Shown here: positions 1-11,810 of the stretch, one piece after another | Numbering within the stretch: position 1 is the first letter of the stretch | How the letters are laid out: every line of letters starts with the position of its first letter | Assembly (NCBI GenBank): GCA_964036045.1 | Contig: OZ038378.1 | Span: 140,244,001 to 140,308,000 of the forward strand | DNA from: Eutreptiella sp. 'Long Island Sound 2002' | Lineage: Eukaryota > Protista > Euglenida | Direction: 5' to 3' | Length of the DNA: 64,000 nt | Translations under genes and position numbers: made by a program | Notes under the pieces: generated by a model | The model's input: the letters and a program-made list of their open reading frames with translations, nothing else | What the model was told of the DNA's origin: nothing | Databases searched by the model: none

Positions 1-321
1 CGTGAATTATTTTGCCACTTGGGAGGGGTGTACAGTCCCTCCGTGAATTGTTTAGCCACTTTTGAGGGCTATACAGTCCCTCCGTGAATTATTTAGCCAC
101 GTGGGAGGGGTGTGCAGTCCCTCCGTGAATGATTTAGCCACTTGGGAGGGGTTTGCAGTCCCTCTGTGAATTATTTAGCCACTTGGGAGGGGTGTACAAT
201 CCCTCCGTGAATTATTTAGCCACTTGGGAGGGGTGTACAGTCCCTCCGTGAATTATTTAGCCACTTGGGAGGGGTGTACAATCCCTCCGTGAATTATTTA
301 GCTACTTCGGAGGGGTGTACA
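1..321. repeat. 41-bp tandem minisatellite, ~8 copies (CCCTCCGTGAATTATTTAGCCACTTGGGAGGGGTGTACAGT)
   Basis: The CGTGAAT core recurs at 1, 42, 83, 124, 165, 206, 247 and 288, an exact 41-bp period. Confidence 0.95.
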
Positions 322-842
322 GGGGGGGGTACGCCACCTAAGTGGAATATTTATCCAGAGGGGGGGGGGTACACCACCTCAGTGGAATATCTATCCAGAG
401 GGGGGGGGCTACACCACCTCAGTGGAACATTTCTCCACAGGGGGGGGGCTGCACCACCTTAGTGGAATATTTATCTTGAGGGGGGGGGTACGCCACCTAA
501 GTTGAATATTTATCCAGAAGGGGGGGGGATACACCACCTCAGTGGAATATCGATCTAGAGGGGGGGGGGGCGTACATCACCTCAATGGAATATTTTCCCC
601 AGGGGGGGGGGGGGGTTACACCACCTCAGTGGAATATTTGTCCACAGGGGGGGGGGATACACCACCCAAGTGGAATATTTATCAAGAGGGGGGGGGGTAC
701 ACCACCTCAGTGGGATATCTATCGAGAGGGGGGGGGGTACACCACCTCGGTGAATAGCTATCCAGATGGGGGGGGGGATACCACCTCAGTGGAATATTTA
801 TCCAGAGGGGGGGGGTACACCACCTTAGTGGAATATTTTTCC
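322..842. repeat. ~40-44-bp tandem repeat, ~12 copies (TACACCACCTCAGTGGAATATTTATCCAGA + variable G-run)
   Basis: Direct inspection. Unit length varies with the poly-G tract. The ORFs called here are repeat artefacts. Confidence 0.93.
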
Positions 843-1429
843 CGGCCTCCCATTTTCCCCAATGCTCCATTTTTCCACCCTTTTTTTTTCTTTGGGGGGG
901 GCTGTTCCCCTATGCTGCATGGTCTCCCATTCTTCCCAACTTTCAATTTTCATGATGGTTTTTTTTGTGATGGGTCGCTGTGTTGGGGGGGGGGTGGCAG
1001 ACTTTTCCTTGTCCCTTTCTGAGAGGAAGGAATAAGGGAGGGGTCGGGTACCACACTTTTATAAGACTTTTGCTGAGATGTGTTCTATTTTATGTCCTTG
1101 ACACGAGATGCCAAATCAGACTTCAGACTTTAGACTTTATACACATAGCTGGTGCACACCAAGGCTCAGCGGCCACTACACGCAAAACCACCAAAGACTC
1201 CAAAACCGTCCGGTCACATTAACAGAGTCGTCCGGTCACATGAGGTGGCCGATTTACAGATCTTTGTGGTGTGGCTTCAGCTAGCAGTATGGCGTTCACA
1301 GGATTGCCTCATGTAGTACTTTTTGGGGTTTAGAAACCCCGCAATATGGCATGCCCCTTTGCGGCGGGGGCGTCCTGTTGGCCGAAAGCGGATGCGCAGG
1401 GCCAAAAGCCCCCCACGACTCTGTTCAGG

Positions 1430-1510
1430 AGGTCAATCCATTTCCCCAGGAACACCAATTGGGTAGACGGGTCCACGACACTCTTGAGACTCATGATAAA
1501 CCCCTCCTCC
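1430..1510 (-). pseudogene. Fragment of a DIRS/Ngaro-like reverse transcriptase (C-terminal palm/thumb motif)
   Basis: GFIMSLKSVVDPSTQLVFLGKWIDL matches the G-x-x-(I/V)-x-x-K-S-x-x-x-P-x-Q-x-x-x-F-L-G-x-x-I-D pattern of YR-retrotransposon RTs. Confidence 0.6.
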
Positions 1511-1949
1511 TCCGGCGCGTCCACTGCCCCCCCCCCCCCCCCCCTGTATGCCGTTTCAAGTACTGCCTGTCATGGTGTACTAGCAGAAAATCATCCGGGT
1601 AGTGCACCAACGGAATATCAATCCTATATAACTCTCTTACTCGCAAAGACATGCAACTTGGCACAACTAAGCAAGCTTCAACTCCGTTACCACTCTCACC
1701 ATCGGCTCTTTACCTTATGAGTGTATGTGAGCATGGTGTCTGCCCACCCCCACCAAAAAATAGGTTGAACTAGGCAGTCGAAATCACGAAAAAAACAACT
1801 GGAAAATGGTGCAGCGCACGACAAATAAAGGGAAGGCTAATAACTCCACGGGAAACGGGCAATATTCTGCAGGTTTGGGAAGCAGAAATCTAGTTCCCGC
1901 CAAGCTACATCTTGCCTATGAGCAGCCTGGAGAGCGTGTTTCCTAGAAG

Positions 1950-2215
1950 TCTGGTATGCACCCAGCTGCAGTTGCTGGCATGGGAGTACCGCGCTGTAGC
2001 GTTGGCGTCCAGGCTGGGGTATACGACTTTGACCTTAATTAGTGACTCTTAGGTGGCGATCGTCCAGCTGCTCAGGGTTTGGGCCAACAGCGTGTTGAGC
2101 GCCTACAAGAAGGTTTTGAGAGGGCTGGTGTGCACCCTGATGCTCTGGGGCCTCGTGCTCCGGGTCTTGTGGTTTCCCTCTGTTTTCCAGCCGGCTGACC
2201 CCCGCTTGCAGGCAC
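1950..2215 (+). pseudogene. Fragment of a DIRS/Ngaro-like RNase H
   Basis: One frame reads ...AWEYRAVALASRLGYTTLTLISDS*VAI...LRVLWFPSVFQPADP, with the DS and W-x-P-S-x-x-(N/Q)-P-A-D motifs and one internal stop. Confidence 0.55.
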
Positions 2216-2500
2216 ACAAAACAAAAGCCACCGCCTAGCGTGGTAACCAACGTGTGTCTTCCCTAGATAGTTGTACCCCGACCTAGACACGGGACACCCC
2301 GAAACTCTACCACCAAGACATATCGTACTGGCTGTTTATAAATGAGCCACGCCATTCTCTCGGCCCTCATCTTATCCCCCGTGAATCCACCCCGGAGCCT
2401 CGACCAGGGGCGCTTGCTCCGTGCCACAGCCTTTGGGGCCCTGCACACTTTTGCTTCTTACGCACCTGTTTGTTTGTAGAGCCCTGGCGAGAGAGAAGTA

Positions 2501-3063
2501 CACCTAGTCTGAGTTACATGTAATGTATTGAATTGTGCAGTGTGTTACCTCCCCCCTTGGCAAATCCCTGTTTTATGCTTAAAACAGTTGTTTGCCTTTC
2601 TATACCAGGCAGTTTTTGTCCGCCCACCCCTCCACCTGCGGGAAGGTTCCGGCTGAGGCTAGGGGGAAGGGGGATGTCTTGCGCCGGTATGGTGGAGCCT
2701 GCAGCTAGTTGTGTCGCTCCTACGAGATTCAGTGTGGTGGTTGGGTCGCAGGGGTTTCGGAGACTATGCCAGTGTATGCAACCCCTGCCCCCCATTCACT
2801 GGACGAGCAGGGTATTGCCAGTGTGTCTGACCGGCCCCCCACCCCCACCCACGGAGGGGCGGGACTGCCGCTACTTTGTTTGGCGTTCGCCTCACCCACC
2901 AGGGGGGGGGGGGGGCTCATTCTTACAATCGCCTACGGGCCTTGGTGTGTGTGTCCCTCATCACTGTTCACGTCCCGAGGGGCTGTACATTGCCTGTCAC
3001 ACCCAGTCTGAGTTACATGTAATGTATTGGCTTGTGCAGTGTGTTACCTCCCCCCATGGCAAA
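2501..3063. repeat. Pair of ~63-bp direct repeats ~500 bp apart (2501-2564 and 3000-3063)
   Basis: AGTCTGAGTTACATGTAATGTATTG..TTGTGCAGTGTGTTACCTCCCCCC..GGCAAA occurs twice. It contains the palindrome TTACATGTAA. Confidence 0.85.
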
Positions 3064-3096
3064 CGCGCACAGGATACATGCCTCTTTGGGAGCCAA

Positions 3097-3107
3097 TTGT
3101 TACTGTT

Positions 3108-3139
<32 letters not shown>

Positions 3140-3177
3140 ATTTGTTGTTGTATTTGTTGTTGTTGTTGTTGTTGTTG
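3097..3177. repeat. (GTT)n microsatellite
   Basis: Direct inspection. Confidence 0.95.
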
Positions 3178-3577
3178 CCGTTGGTGCTGCTGATGCTGGT
3201 GCTGCTTGGTGCTGCACCTGATGCTGATGCTGTTGGTGCTGCTGGCAGAGGTGCTAGTGCTGCTCCTTGGTCTCGGTGTTGGCTGTCTTCTTGGGCTCAT
3301 TTGCCAAGTCCAATCGGGGAGAAGGCTTGTGCATGTCGCTTGGGCCTTGCTGCTTTGGTGGTTGCCCCCGCACCCCCCCCCCCCCCCGACCCCACGCCTT
3401 GGCCTTTGCCCCATTGCGCTCTAGGCCGGCTTGCTACTACTAGCCCACTACCGCTCTGCAATCGGAAGGGGGCAGTGGGCACAGTACCTCTTGCGGCACA
3501 CAACCACACTGCGCAGGCGGTCTGACCTGCCGGAAGTGTGCGTCCAATTCAATCCAATCTACCACCATCAACAAGGA

Positions 3578-3672
3578 CAACAACCACAACCACAACCACA
3601 ACCACAACCACAACCACAACCACAACCACAACCACGACCACAACCACAACCACAACCACAACCACAACAACA
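3578..3672. repeat. (CAACCA)n hexanucleotide microsatellite
   Basis: Direct inspection. Confidence 0.95.
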
Positions 3673-3900
3673 CTAGTGGACCAATAGGCAGAGCTGTGAA
3701 CAGTCCGCTGTGCGCAGTTTTTGTTGGTGGATGGGGATCCATTTTGGAGAAATAGGGCATGGGTTTGTGGTGCTCTTGTGACAAGTGACCTTCCACCCCA
3801 CCAACACCTTGAAGCCATCCATGGCATGCTATCACATGCAAAATTTTCCGACAGAGTGGTGCTTGGTCTGCTGCTGACTGAGGTCCGTGCAAGCCAGAGC

Positions 3901-4006
<106 letters not shown>

Positions 4007-4599
4007 GCACTTGTGGACAATTTTCAAAAAACGGGCCTGCAACGATGTACCCCTAGGGATCAGCGCGAATAGAGCCCCGGCCAAATCCCGAGGTTGGTTA
4101 AACCAACGCGTCCTTACCATCCCAAAGAGAGGAAAAGAGGCCAGGTCGGTCCGCGACTGTGCACTCATAAAATGGCTCCGGGGCGACTTGCGCAACCTAA
4201 TCTCCCAACTATCCGTCCCATTGTATGTTGTAGGAACCTTGGTTATCCCTAACTTGTTACTACTACAACAATCGGCGATTCGCCGGGTCTGCAGAGAGAT
4301 GAATAGCTCCGTGGCGGGCCCGCATGGGAAAAAGAGGCTCGCATCATTTGCACCAATCCCCAGACCGTCCGCCGTATTTTTGACAGGGCAGCTCGTTAGC
4401 ATGATAAACAACCCAGCCGCCCCCCCCCGTGCACTTGCCACCAGGCCAGCGACATTCCAGGGACCCAAATTGTCATCGATGGCCACTTGGCCCTCATCCC
4501 CGTCGCCATCCCCTTCCCAGACCGACCTGTGGCCTGACCCTACGACCCCCTCTCCCTCCCCGGCAATAAGGTCCGAGAGCGCCTGCTCAAGGACATCTC

Positions 4600-5900
4600 C
4601 ACCATGGTTGCCCAAATCTTTGCTACCATTCCCCCCTTGCACCGCTTTTTACCCCCGTCCCCGTGGTCGGAAACACAGACCCGTCTGCACTACATCTCTA
4701 ATTATGCAACCCGGATCACAAAGCACTTCTACGTGCTCATTGTGGACAAAGGGATGGAGGTTCTCTGGGGCTTTTGCCTGGGTATGGGGGGTACTGGAAG
4801 AGTTCCTACAGGCAGAGGGATACATGGAATCACCCCTCACCCCACGTGCCACGACAGAAGCCATCCGCAATGACCTCCCGCGTAGGGGATGGGAAGCCAG
4901 CTCCGCCGGTCAACTCGCTATTCTATACCTCATCGGGAAGGCCAAGAGTATCTCCAAAGGGTCCCGACTCTAGCGCGGCATCATAGCCGTCCCCCAATCC
5001 TTCCCCCCCAAGAGATCCCTCAAAATTGCTGCCAAAGCCAACAGCACCTTCCTACGCCTACTAAGCAAGGAAATCCCATGCAGCTTCACAGCCCAAACCA
5101 CCAACGAACTGGCACCATGGTACCACTGGCTCGACACCATCGGTTGTACCTACATCAGCAAAATTGATTGTAAGGATCGGTTTAACAACGTGAAACCGTC
5201 GGACATCAAAGGCCATTTTTCGCAAGCGAGTGAGTGGCTCACGAAACGCAGAAGGTGGAGGATGGAAGAAACCACGTGGTCAGTTCACGAGGAGTGCAAG
5301 CGGCTTGACAGAGCGGGGTGCGAAACCGTTGAGTGGGAAATGAGCAACAACACATACATCGTTAGCGCAGGAAAACTATGGATTGTAGCCTCCACATACC
5401 CCAACTCCCCCGATACGGCCCTCATCCACATTGTAAGGGGTATCCTGCAACAAGCCCTGGGTTTGCGTGTCGTGTGCAAGTGTGCTACTACGGACTCCGA
5501 CGCCTGCTAATTTTTATGCCATAACAGATTCACACAGGCGGTGGGCCATTGCCTAGTACGAGGTCACGATGGCAGCAAGTCCGCCTACACCCACCCCAGC
5601 GCACTCGACCCCACGTGACCCCTCAAATTGGGCCCTCCCCTAATTTCCTCCCACCTCTCATACCCCTCCTACCTCCCCTACTTATTGATAGGCGTACTCA
5701 GCAATTGCCGACGGTGGTCATGGGCAGGGGAACTACTTACAGTCGCCGCCTCGATGCAGGTCGCCGTGCGATTAGGATACCCCCTGCGTGCAGTCCTCCG
5801 GGCGACACATTCCGCCGTAGTGAGAGGCCTGTCAACAGGGCCCCAAGATTTCAACAGCACAGTGCGGTTCATGTACTGCATCGGGCCCCTCCTCCCCATG
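4600..5900 (+). pseudogene. Decayed Penelope-like (PLE) reverse transcriptase fragment
   Basis: Reads FYVLIVDKG (frameshift) ...FLQAEGY...LYLIGKAKS...L*RGIIAVP...IDCKDRFNNV. The DKG, LY-x-x-x-K-x-K, R-x-I-I and D-x-x-x-x-F-x-N motifs fall in PLE-RT order. TAG at 4971-4973 is read through in frame to 5510. Confidence 0.5.
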
Positions 5901-6535
5901 CTGTGTTGATGTGTGATTACACGATGTCTTCAATGGTTAAAGAAATAGGCGATATGGAGGAGCAAAGAGTACAGTAGCCGGTCCCTCTCCATAGGCCTCC
6001 GCCCCAGCAGTATATCAGGGGCTTGGTGCTCCGATTTCACGGCACTACAGGAGCACGTCCGCCTCCTGGTGTGTCCCTCCCCTTTGACACAATGCGGTGC
6101 AACGCCTGAGTGAGCAATAGGGGACGTGCGACTCCAACACAGCCACCGTGTGTGTGTGAGCCAGCGGCTACGCTGGGCTCTTGTCTTGCCCCCTATTAGA
6201 TATGCACGCGAAGCAGCTAAGAGGTTCCCTAGGCATGTAAGGGCGGCTGTGTCGTCCAGACCCATTCTCTTCCCCTCCCAGGGCAGTGGTACACCATCAG
6301 GGTCCAGGATACATTGCTCGTGACTCCTAGTGGATGATTGCAAACATTCCCGTGCCTTGTCCCTCGTATCACTGCAGAAAGGCGCCTAGCCTTATGACTT
6401 CATGACAGCTTCAATGCTTTTGCTTTGCTTTGTTTGTTTGTTTGGAGTGCTCATTGGCTTGACGAGGTGTTCCTGGTGCCATTCGATCCGCAGTGCTCGT
6501 GCTAAGCAACAGTGGTCTTTCGTTTGGTTCTTGTA

Positions 6536-6538
<3 letters not shown>

Positions 6539-6604
<66 letters not shown>
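6539..6604. repeat. (GT)n microsatellite
   Basis: Direct inspection. Confidence 0.98.
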
Positions 6605-6605
<1 letters not shown>

Positions 6606-6941
6606 CCAAGGTGCTCGCTAAACGAGAGGGATGATTTGGCTGAACCCAAGTTTTAGTGAGCCCTGCACCAGTTGCTGCTGCATGTGTCCTGTCTGTGTGT
6701 TGTATGTGTTAGTGTCTGGTCCTGGCTTGTGCTGCAGTTTGCGTTGCAGGACCTGAAGACAGCTCTGATAGCAATGCTCCAAGTGTTGTACGGTAGCGCG
6801 TGTGTGTTTGAAGTTCCACCTGACAAGCACTGAACACGAAGGCTGCTTTCACCTAGTGCCTGTTTGTCATGTATATTGTGTATGTGGTTGTATGTGGTGT
6901 ACACTCTCCCTGTCCCCCCAGACCCGAATTCTTTACCTCAG

Positions 6942-7034
6942 GTGTACAATGCAGGGCGGTACGGGCTCGCCGATCTGGTGGAAAAGGCAGTGGAGCAGGA
7001 ACTGGGAGGTGTGCAGCAGGCCTGTGCTGGACAG
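6942..7034 (+). CDS. Candidate internal exon (93 nt, VYNAGRYGLADLVEKAVEQELGGVQQACAGQ), product unknown
   Basis: Pyrimidine-rich acceptor TTCTTTACCTCAG at 6929-6941, donor CAG|GTC at 7035, phase 0/0, protein-like composition. Confidence 0.3.
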
Positions 7035-9057
7035 GTCAAACTGTACAGGAGGAAACCCTGGACAGTCTAGGATGGGGTCCCTAATATATAGACCTGGCCC
7101 ACCCCCCACCTTCCGATGCACCGCTAGCAGACAGAACTGGCTATAACTAAGACATTGTTGACATGGAGCCAAGTCATGCCGATAGGGCTGGGAAGTCAAC
7201 CCCCCCCCCCCCGTTCCCTCCTCTTCAAGGAGGTCTGATCCACATGTCTTGCCGTGTGAGGTAGGTGGTGAAAGTAGGAACAGGTATGCCCTCACAATCT
7301 GTGAAATTGCGTATGCGCAATGGTACTGTCGAAACGGTTCCACACACGTAACGACATCATTACATATGCGTAGGAATATTGTTGTCATGTTGTCATAAAT
7401 GCTGTGGAAGCAAAGTGCAAGGATTTAGCCCTCTTCAGCCAAGGGGCTTCTAGAGAGTCTGTTTACCCTTGCACATACGTTGAACAGACACCGTGCAATC
7501 CTTGTAGACGCTTTTTAGAGATCACAGGTGTGCACACGGTTTGTACACACCATCTTCATACCCTTTTTCCTATGTGTGATCTGTAGACACTGTGCATTGT
7601 GACAGATTGCTAGCAACAGGATGTGTGTGGTCTGTGCACACTTGTTATATTTGGTGGACACTGTGCATGGTTTGTCGACACCATGCGCATCCTTGTCTGG
7701 TCATGTATATTCAGGAGACACAGTATGTGTGACTGGTCTCTAGTCTATCGATTGGGAACACCACCCACTGAATTGCCAACAGCACTATTTTGGCCCTTGA
7801 TGAAAACAGCATGCAGCCACCAGCAGAAATTAAAAACCCATACACAAAATGCTGTATGGTTTCAAAAATGGGTTGTGTTGCCCTCGTGACCTAACACTCA
7901 GAAGCAGAGAACACACAACCACGCGCCCGACAACCTATCCTATGTATCCTATGTACCTAACCCAACCGCGCCAACCACAACGAACGCACGCACATGACAC
8001 AAAACACGCAAACCGAGACCGCAAGCAACAACATAGGCGTGTGGGGCGAGAATGTGGACCACTGCACACACATGCCAGCAAAGAAACCAAGTAGCCGCGC
8101 ATTATGGTGTCGTGCAAGGCAAAGCCAAGCTACAAGGGCTGTAGGACGGGGCCCCACAAGTAAAACAGTATTTTTAGGTTTTTTTGGGTACAGGGTCTTT
8201 GCCATGGGCTTTTGTAAGAAGGATAACGTAACATGACGGGTTATTTTTTTAAGGTGGGTAGAGGGAAAACAATGGATGGCTAGGGCAAGACAGGAAGAAA
8301 CACACAGACACTAGCACAAAGGCAAGCAAACATGGGCCCAGGTGCCTCGGATGCCACCACACACACGCCGAAACCACCGCAACAAGACACGTGACACCAA
8401 ACCAACCCATCACCTACCACAAGAACCCCATGCCAAGTAGGAAAACACGAGAGCCCTGGACACTGGGGCACCAAACACGCCCACACATGGGCACGCTGCA
8501 CAACACATACACACCCAACACAGCGAGCAACACCATGGGCTGAGACAGATGGGGTGGCCCACCTAGTCCATCGGATCGCCAGCAACGGTGGGTGCCCACA
8601 ATAGAAGGTGCGACTCTAGGTAGCCTCATTTAGGAACCTTGGCAAATGTGGCTCGGAGCTGAGGAAGCAATCAGCGCCAAGCAGGGTGGTGCAGAGCCTA
8701 GGAGGAGGTCACCTATCAAACGAATTAACCCACGAGTCAAGCCACAAAGGTGCGGCAATGGAACTTTAGACAGCAGGAGCATCACGTCCTCGAGCCAAAG
8801 ACACTCCACACGGTTGGGCAGCCCCCAAAAGCTGTCCACCAAAGCCTGAAAAATGCGACCACTCGACACATTGCAAAATAGCTTAGTGCAATACAACGCA
8901 AGATAGTGCACCATAGGACAATTTAGCACAACATACATCACAGTACATAGCCAGTTGGCAGTGAACACAGCACATTGCGGCATAGCACAACGCTACGTAG
9001 CACAACAACACAGAGCAACGCACGACAACACAACACAACACGGCCTAATTGAACTTA

Positions 9058-9126
9058 TGGCCCCTGTGCGGGAGCGCACCGGGGCCTCATTCAATGAGGC
9101 CCCAATGCACTCCCGCGCAGGGGCCA
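9058..9126. repeat. 69-bp near-perfect palindrome (34-bp arms, 30/34 paired, 1-nt loop)
   Basis: Core GGGGCCTCATT-C-AATGAGGCCCC at 9081-9103. Pairing extends outward to TGGCCCCTG/CAGGGGCCA. Confidence 0.9.
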
Positions 9127-9629
9127 GGGGTTCAATGAGGCCCCAGTGCGCTTACGCACAGGGGCTCACAGGAGCCCCAGTGTCCCACCGCCCCTGGGCA
9201 ATGAGGCAGAGAGCACAAGGATGTCCTCCGAATGCAGCATGCCCTATGGACGCAGAATGCCCTGGCTCAGGCACAATACCCTGCCATAGCAGGGTGCCTT
9301 GCCACTGCAGGATTCCCTGCCAAAGCAGGAAAGCAGTAGAGGAAATGTGGCCCAGGGCGTGACGGCACGTGAGCCAAAGGGGGGGGGGGGGGGCACGGCG
9401 CGCAGGAAGCGCCACCAACGCTCCACGGTGAGGGCTAGACCCCCTTCTCTCGCCGCCCAAGACCCGCAACCGCCACCACAGGGTAGAGCGGCGGGGACCA
9501 GTGCATACCCCCGCTTTCCACCGTGTTAAACACATTTGCACACAATGTGCACGCGACACACACAGCCCTCCCGTTTATCAGTACCCGTGGCTAGACATCC
9601 CGGTCTTTGCCTTCTTGTAACAGCGCCTT

Positions 9630-10500
9630 CGGCACAACACAGCACGGCACAGAACAACACAACACACTACAACACAGTGCAGGACAACACAATGCAACGC
9701 AGCACCGCATAGTGTAGCACGACACACAACACAGCACACAACACTAGCACTGCACAGCACAACACAGCAAAACAGAGCACCACACAGCCAAGAACTGCAC
9801 AATGTGGCTATGCACAACACAATTTAGCGCAACAGAGCAGAGAACGGCACAAGCAACACACCACATTGCAACATAGCGCCACACATCGCGCCACGGCTTA
9901 ATGCAGCACACAGCACAACACGGCACGGCACAGCACAACACACGCAAGCACAGCAAAGCAGAGCACATCACACCATCCCCCAACCGCTTCTTAGAGACCC
10001 GCATGTTTAGTGGATATTAAAGAAACCATACAAAGGGGGGAGGAAACTCGGGCACGCAACCTATGGAAAGCTGAGGCAAGAAGATCCGAACCAAAGCAAA
10101 TGTAGGTGTGTTCCCATTCAACCTTCTGAAGACCACTGCACAAAGGGGTTGGGCACTTGTGCTCACCTTGCGGTCCTCCACTGCTCTGTGACGTGTTGTC
10201 TTGCCTTGCTCAGTGCTACGGTGTGCCGTGCTATGCTCTGCTGTGGTGCGGTGCTCTGTGTTGTGTTGTGCTTGTTGTCATGCTTTGTGTTGCGTTGTGC
10301 TGCGCTGCAATTTGCTGTGCTCCGGTACGCCACGGCATTGCATAAGACCACACCGCTTTGGTGTTTGCACTCTGTGTTGTGCTGTGATGTGCCATGTGGT
10401 TATGCCTCATGCCATGTTGCATGGTTCTCTACAATGTGCGGTGCCATGCTACCCTATGGTGCATTGTTGTTTGCCGTGCCCCCTTTTGTGTTGTGCTTCT
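9630..10500. repeat. Opposed degenerate pentamer tracts: (CACAR)n at ~9630-9970 and (YTGTG)n at ~10180-10500
   Basis: Low-complexity CA-rich and TG-rich blocks of complementary composition around a ~200-bp spacer. Confidence 0.8.
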
Positions 10501-10515
10501 TACCTCTGCTTTTGA

Positions 10516-10950
10516 GCCGTCTGTATATAGCAGAGGCTATTTGAGGAGAGTGTCGCTAGAGAGGCTGGGATTTTGGGGCCTTCTCTATGTAAGAGAGGGT
10601 GCTTGACGCCGATCCTGCCACCAAGCTTGGGGTTCTAGGGCCTTCCCTATGTTGCAGAAGCTGCTTGAGGCCCATCTTACTGGGGAGACTTGGATTTTGG
10701 TATCTTCTCTAGAGAGGAGAGGGCATTTAAGGATAGTGTGGCCAGTGATATGGGCATCTTGGGGCCTTTGTATATTGGAGAGGCTGTTTGAGGCCAATCT
10801 CGCTGGCAAAATTGGGATTTGTGGGCCGTCTCTATATCGGAGAGGCTAGTTGAGGACATTGTCGCCAAGGAGACAGGGTTTTCGGCGCCTTCTCTATATG
10901 AGAGAGGCTTTTTGAGGCTAGTCTCGCCGGCGAGACCTGGTTTTTGCTTC
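10516..10950. repeat. Diverged 62-bp tandem repeat, ~7 copies
   Basis: A TCTATATNNGAGAGG-like core recurs near 10521, 10583, 10645, 10707, 10769, 10831 and 10893. Confidence 0.8.
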
Positions 10951-11369
10951 TTATGCGACCATTGCTAGTATCACGTGGTAATGCCGGGTATCACCCAGCA
11001 ATGCCGGAATCACCCGGTACTGTGGGGTATCACCTGGTCATGCAGGGTAAAGTGGGCTTCGTTTCATATTGTAACCACCGAACGGCACTCCACTGTCAAG
11101 AAAGCTAAGGTACCCACTCCGCAGTTTGAACTGCAGTTTGGGCCCCCCACGCCTAGCCCCAAAAAATGCCGGCGCCCAAGAGCCTTCCCCCCGCCTAGCT
11201 AGCTAGATACAGGCGCCGTTACGTGCTCCGTTGTCAAGAAAGCACCGGTCAACATCAAGTTAACAAGAACGTTTTCAGTGGATGCATGGCACATCCTTCC
11301 CCATCCTCCTCCCCAGCACCCACCCCAAAAAACCTCATAGTGAAAAGTTCAAGAGCGGTGCACTGTAGC

Positions 11370-11810
11370 AGAGCACAGCACAACACAACACACCACACCA
11401 CCGCCCAGCACAATACAACACAGCACAGCACAGCACACAACACTGTACACAGCTCGGCATGGCACATCACAACACATAGCGCAGTATAAAGCACAACTCA
11501 CAACACAGGGAAGGGCAACATAGCACATCGCTCCGTAGCACAACACAGCACGGCACAGTGCAGCACGGCACGGCACAACGTGGTGCTGTGTTGTGCTGCG
11601 CTGTATGGTTGCTTGCAGTGCCGCCTTTTGTGCGTGCAGCGCTGCGTTGTAGTGCGCTGCGCTGTGCTGCGATGCGTTGTGCTGTGCTGTGCTATCATGT
11701 GTGCAGTGGTGTGATGTGCTGTGTTGTGTTGTGTTGTATTGTGTTGTGTGCCGTGTTGTGCTGTAGTGTGCTATGTTGTGTTTTGCGCTGTTTTGCGCAA
11801 CACCATGGAG
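11370..11810. repeat. Fold-back low-complexity tract: (CACAR)n switching abruptly to (YTGTG)n at ~11580
   Basis: Direct inspection. The strand switch lies at ...GGCACAACG|TGGTGCTGTG... Confidence 0.85.
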
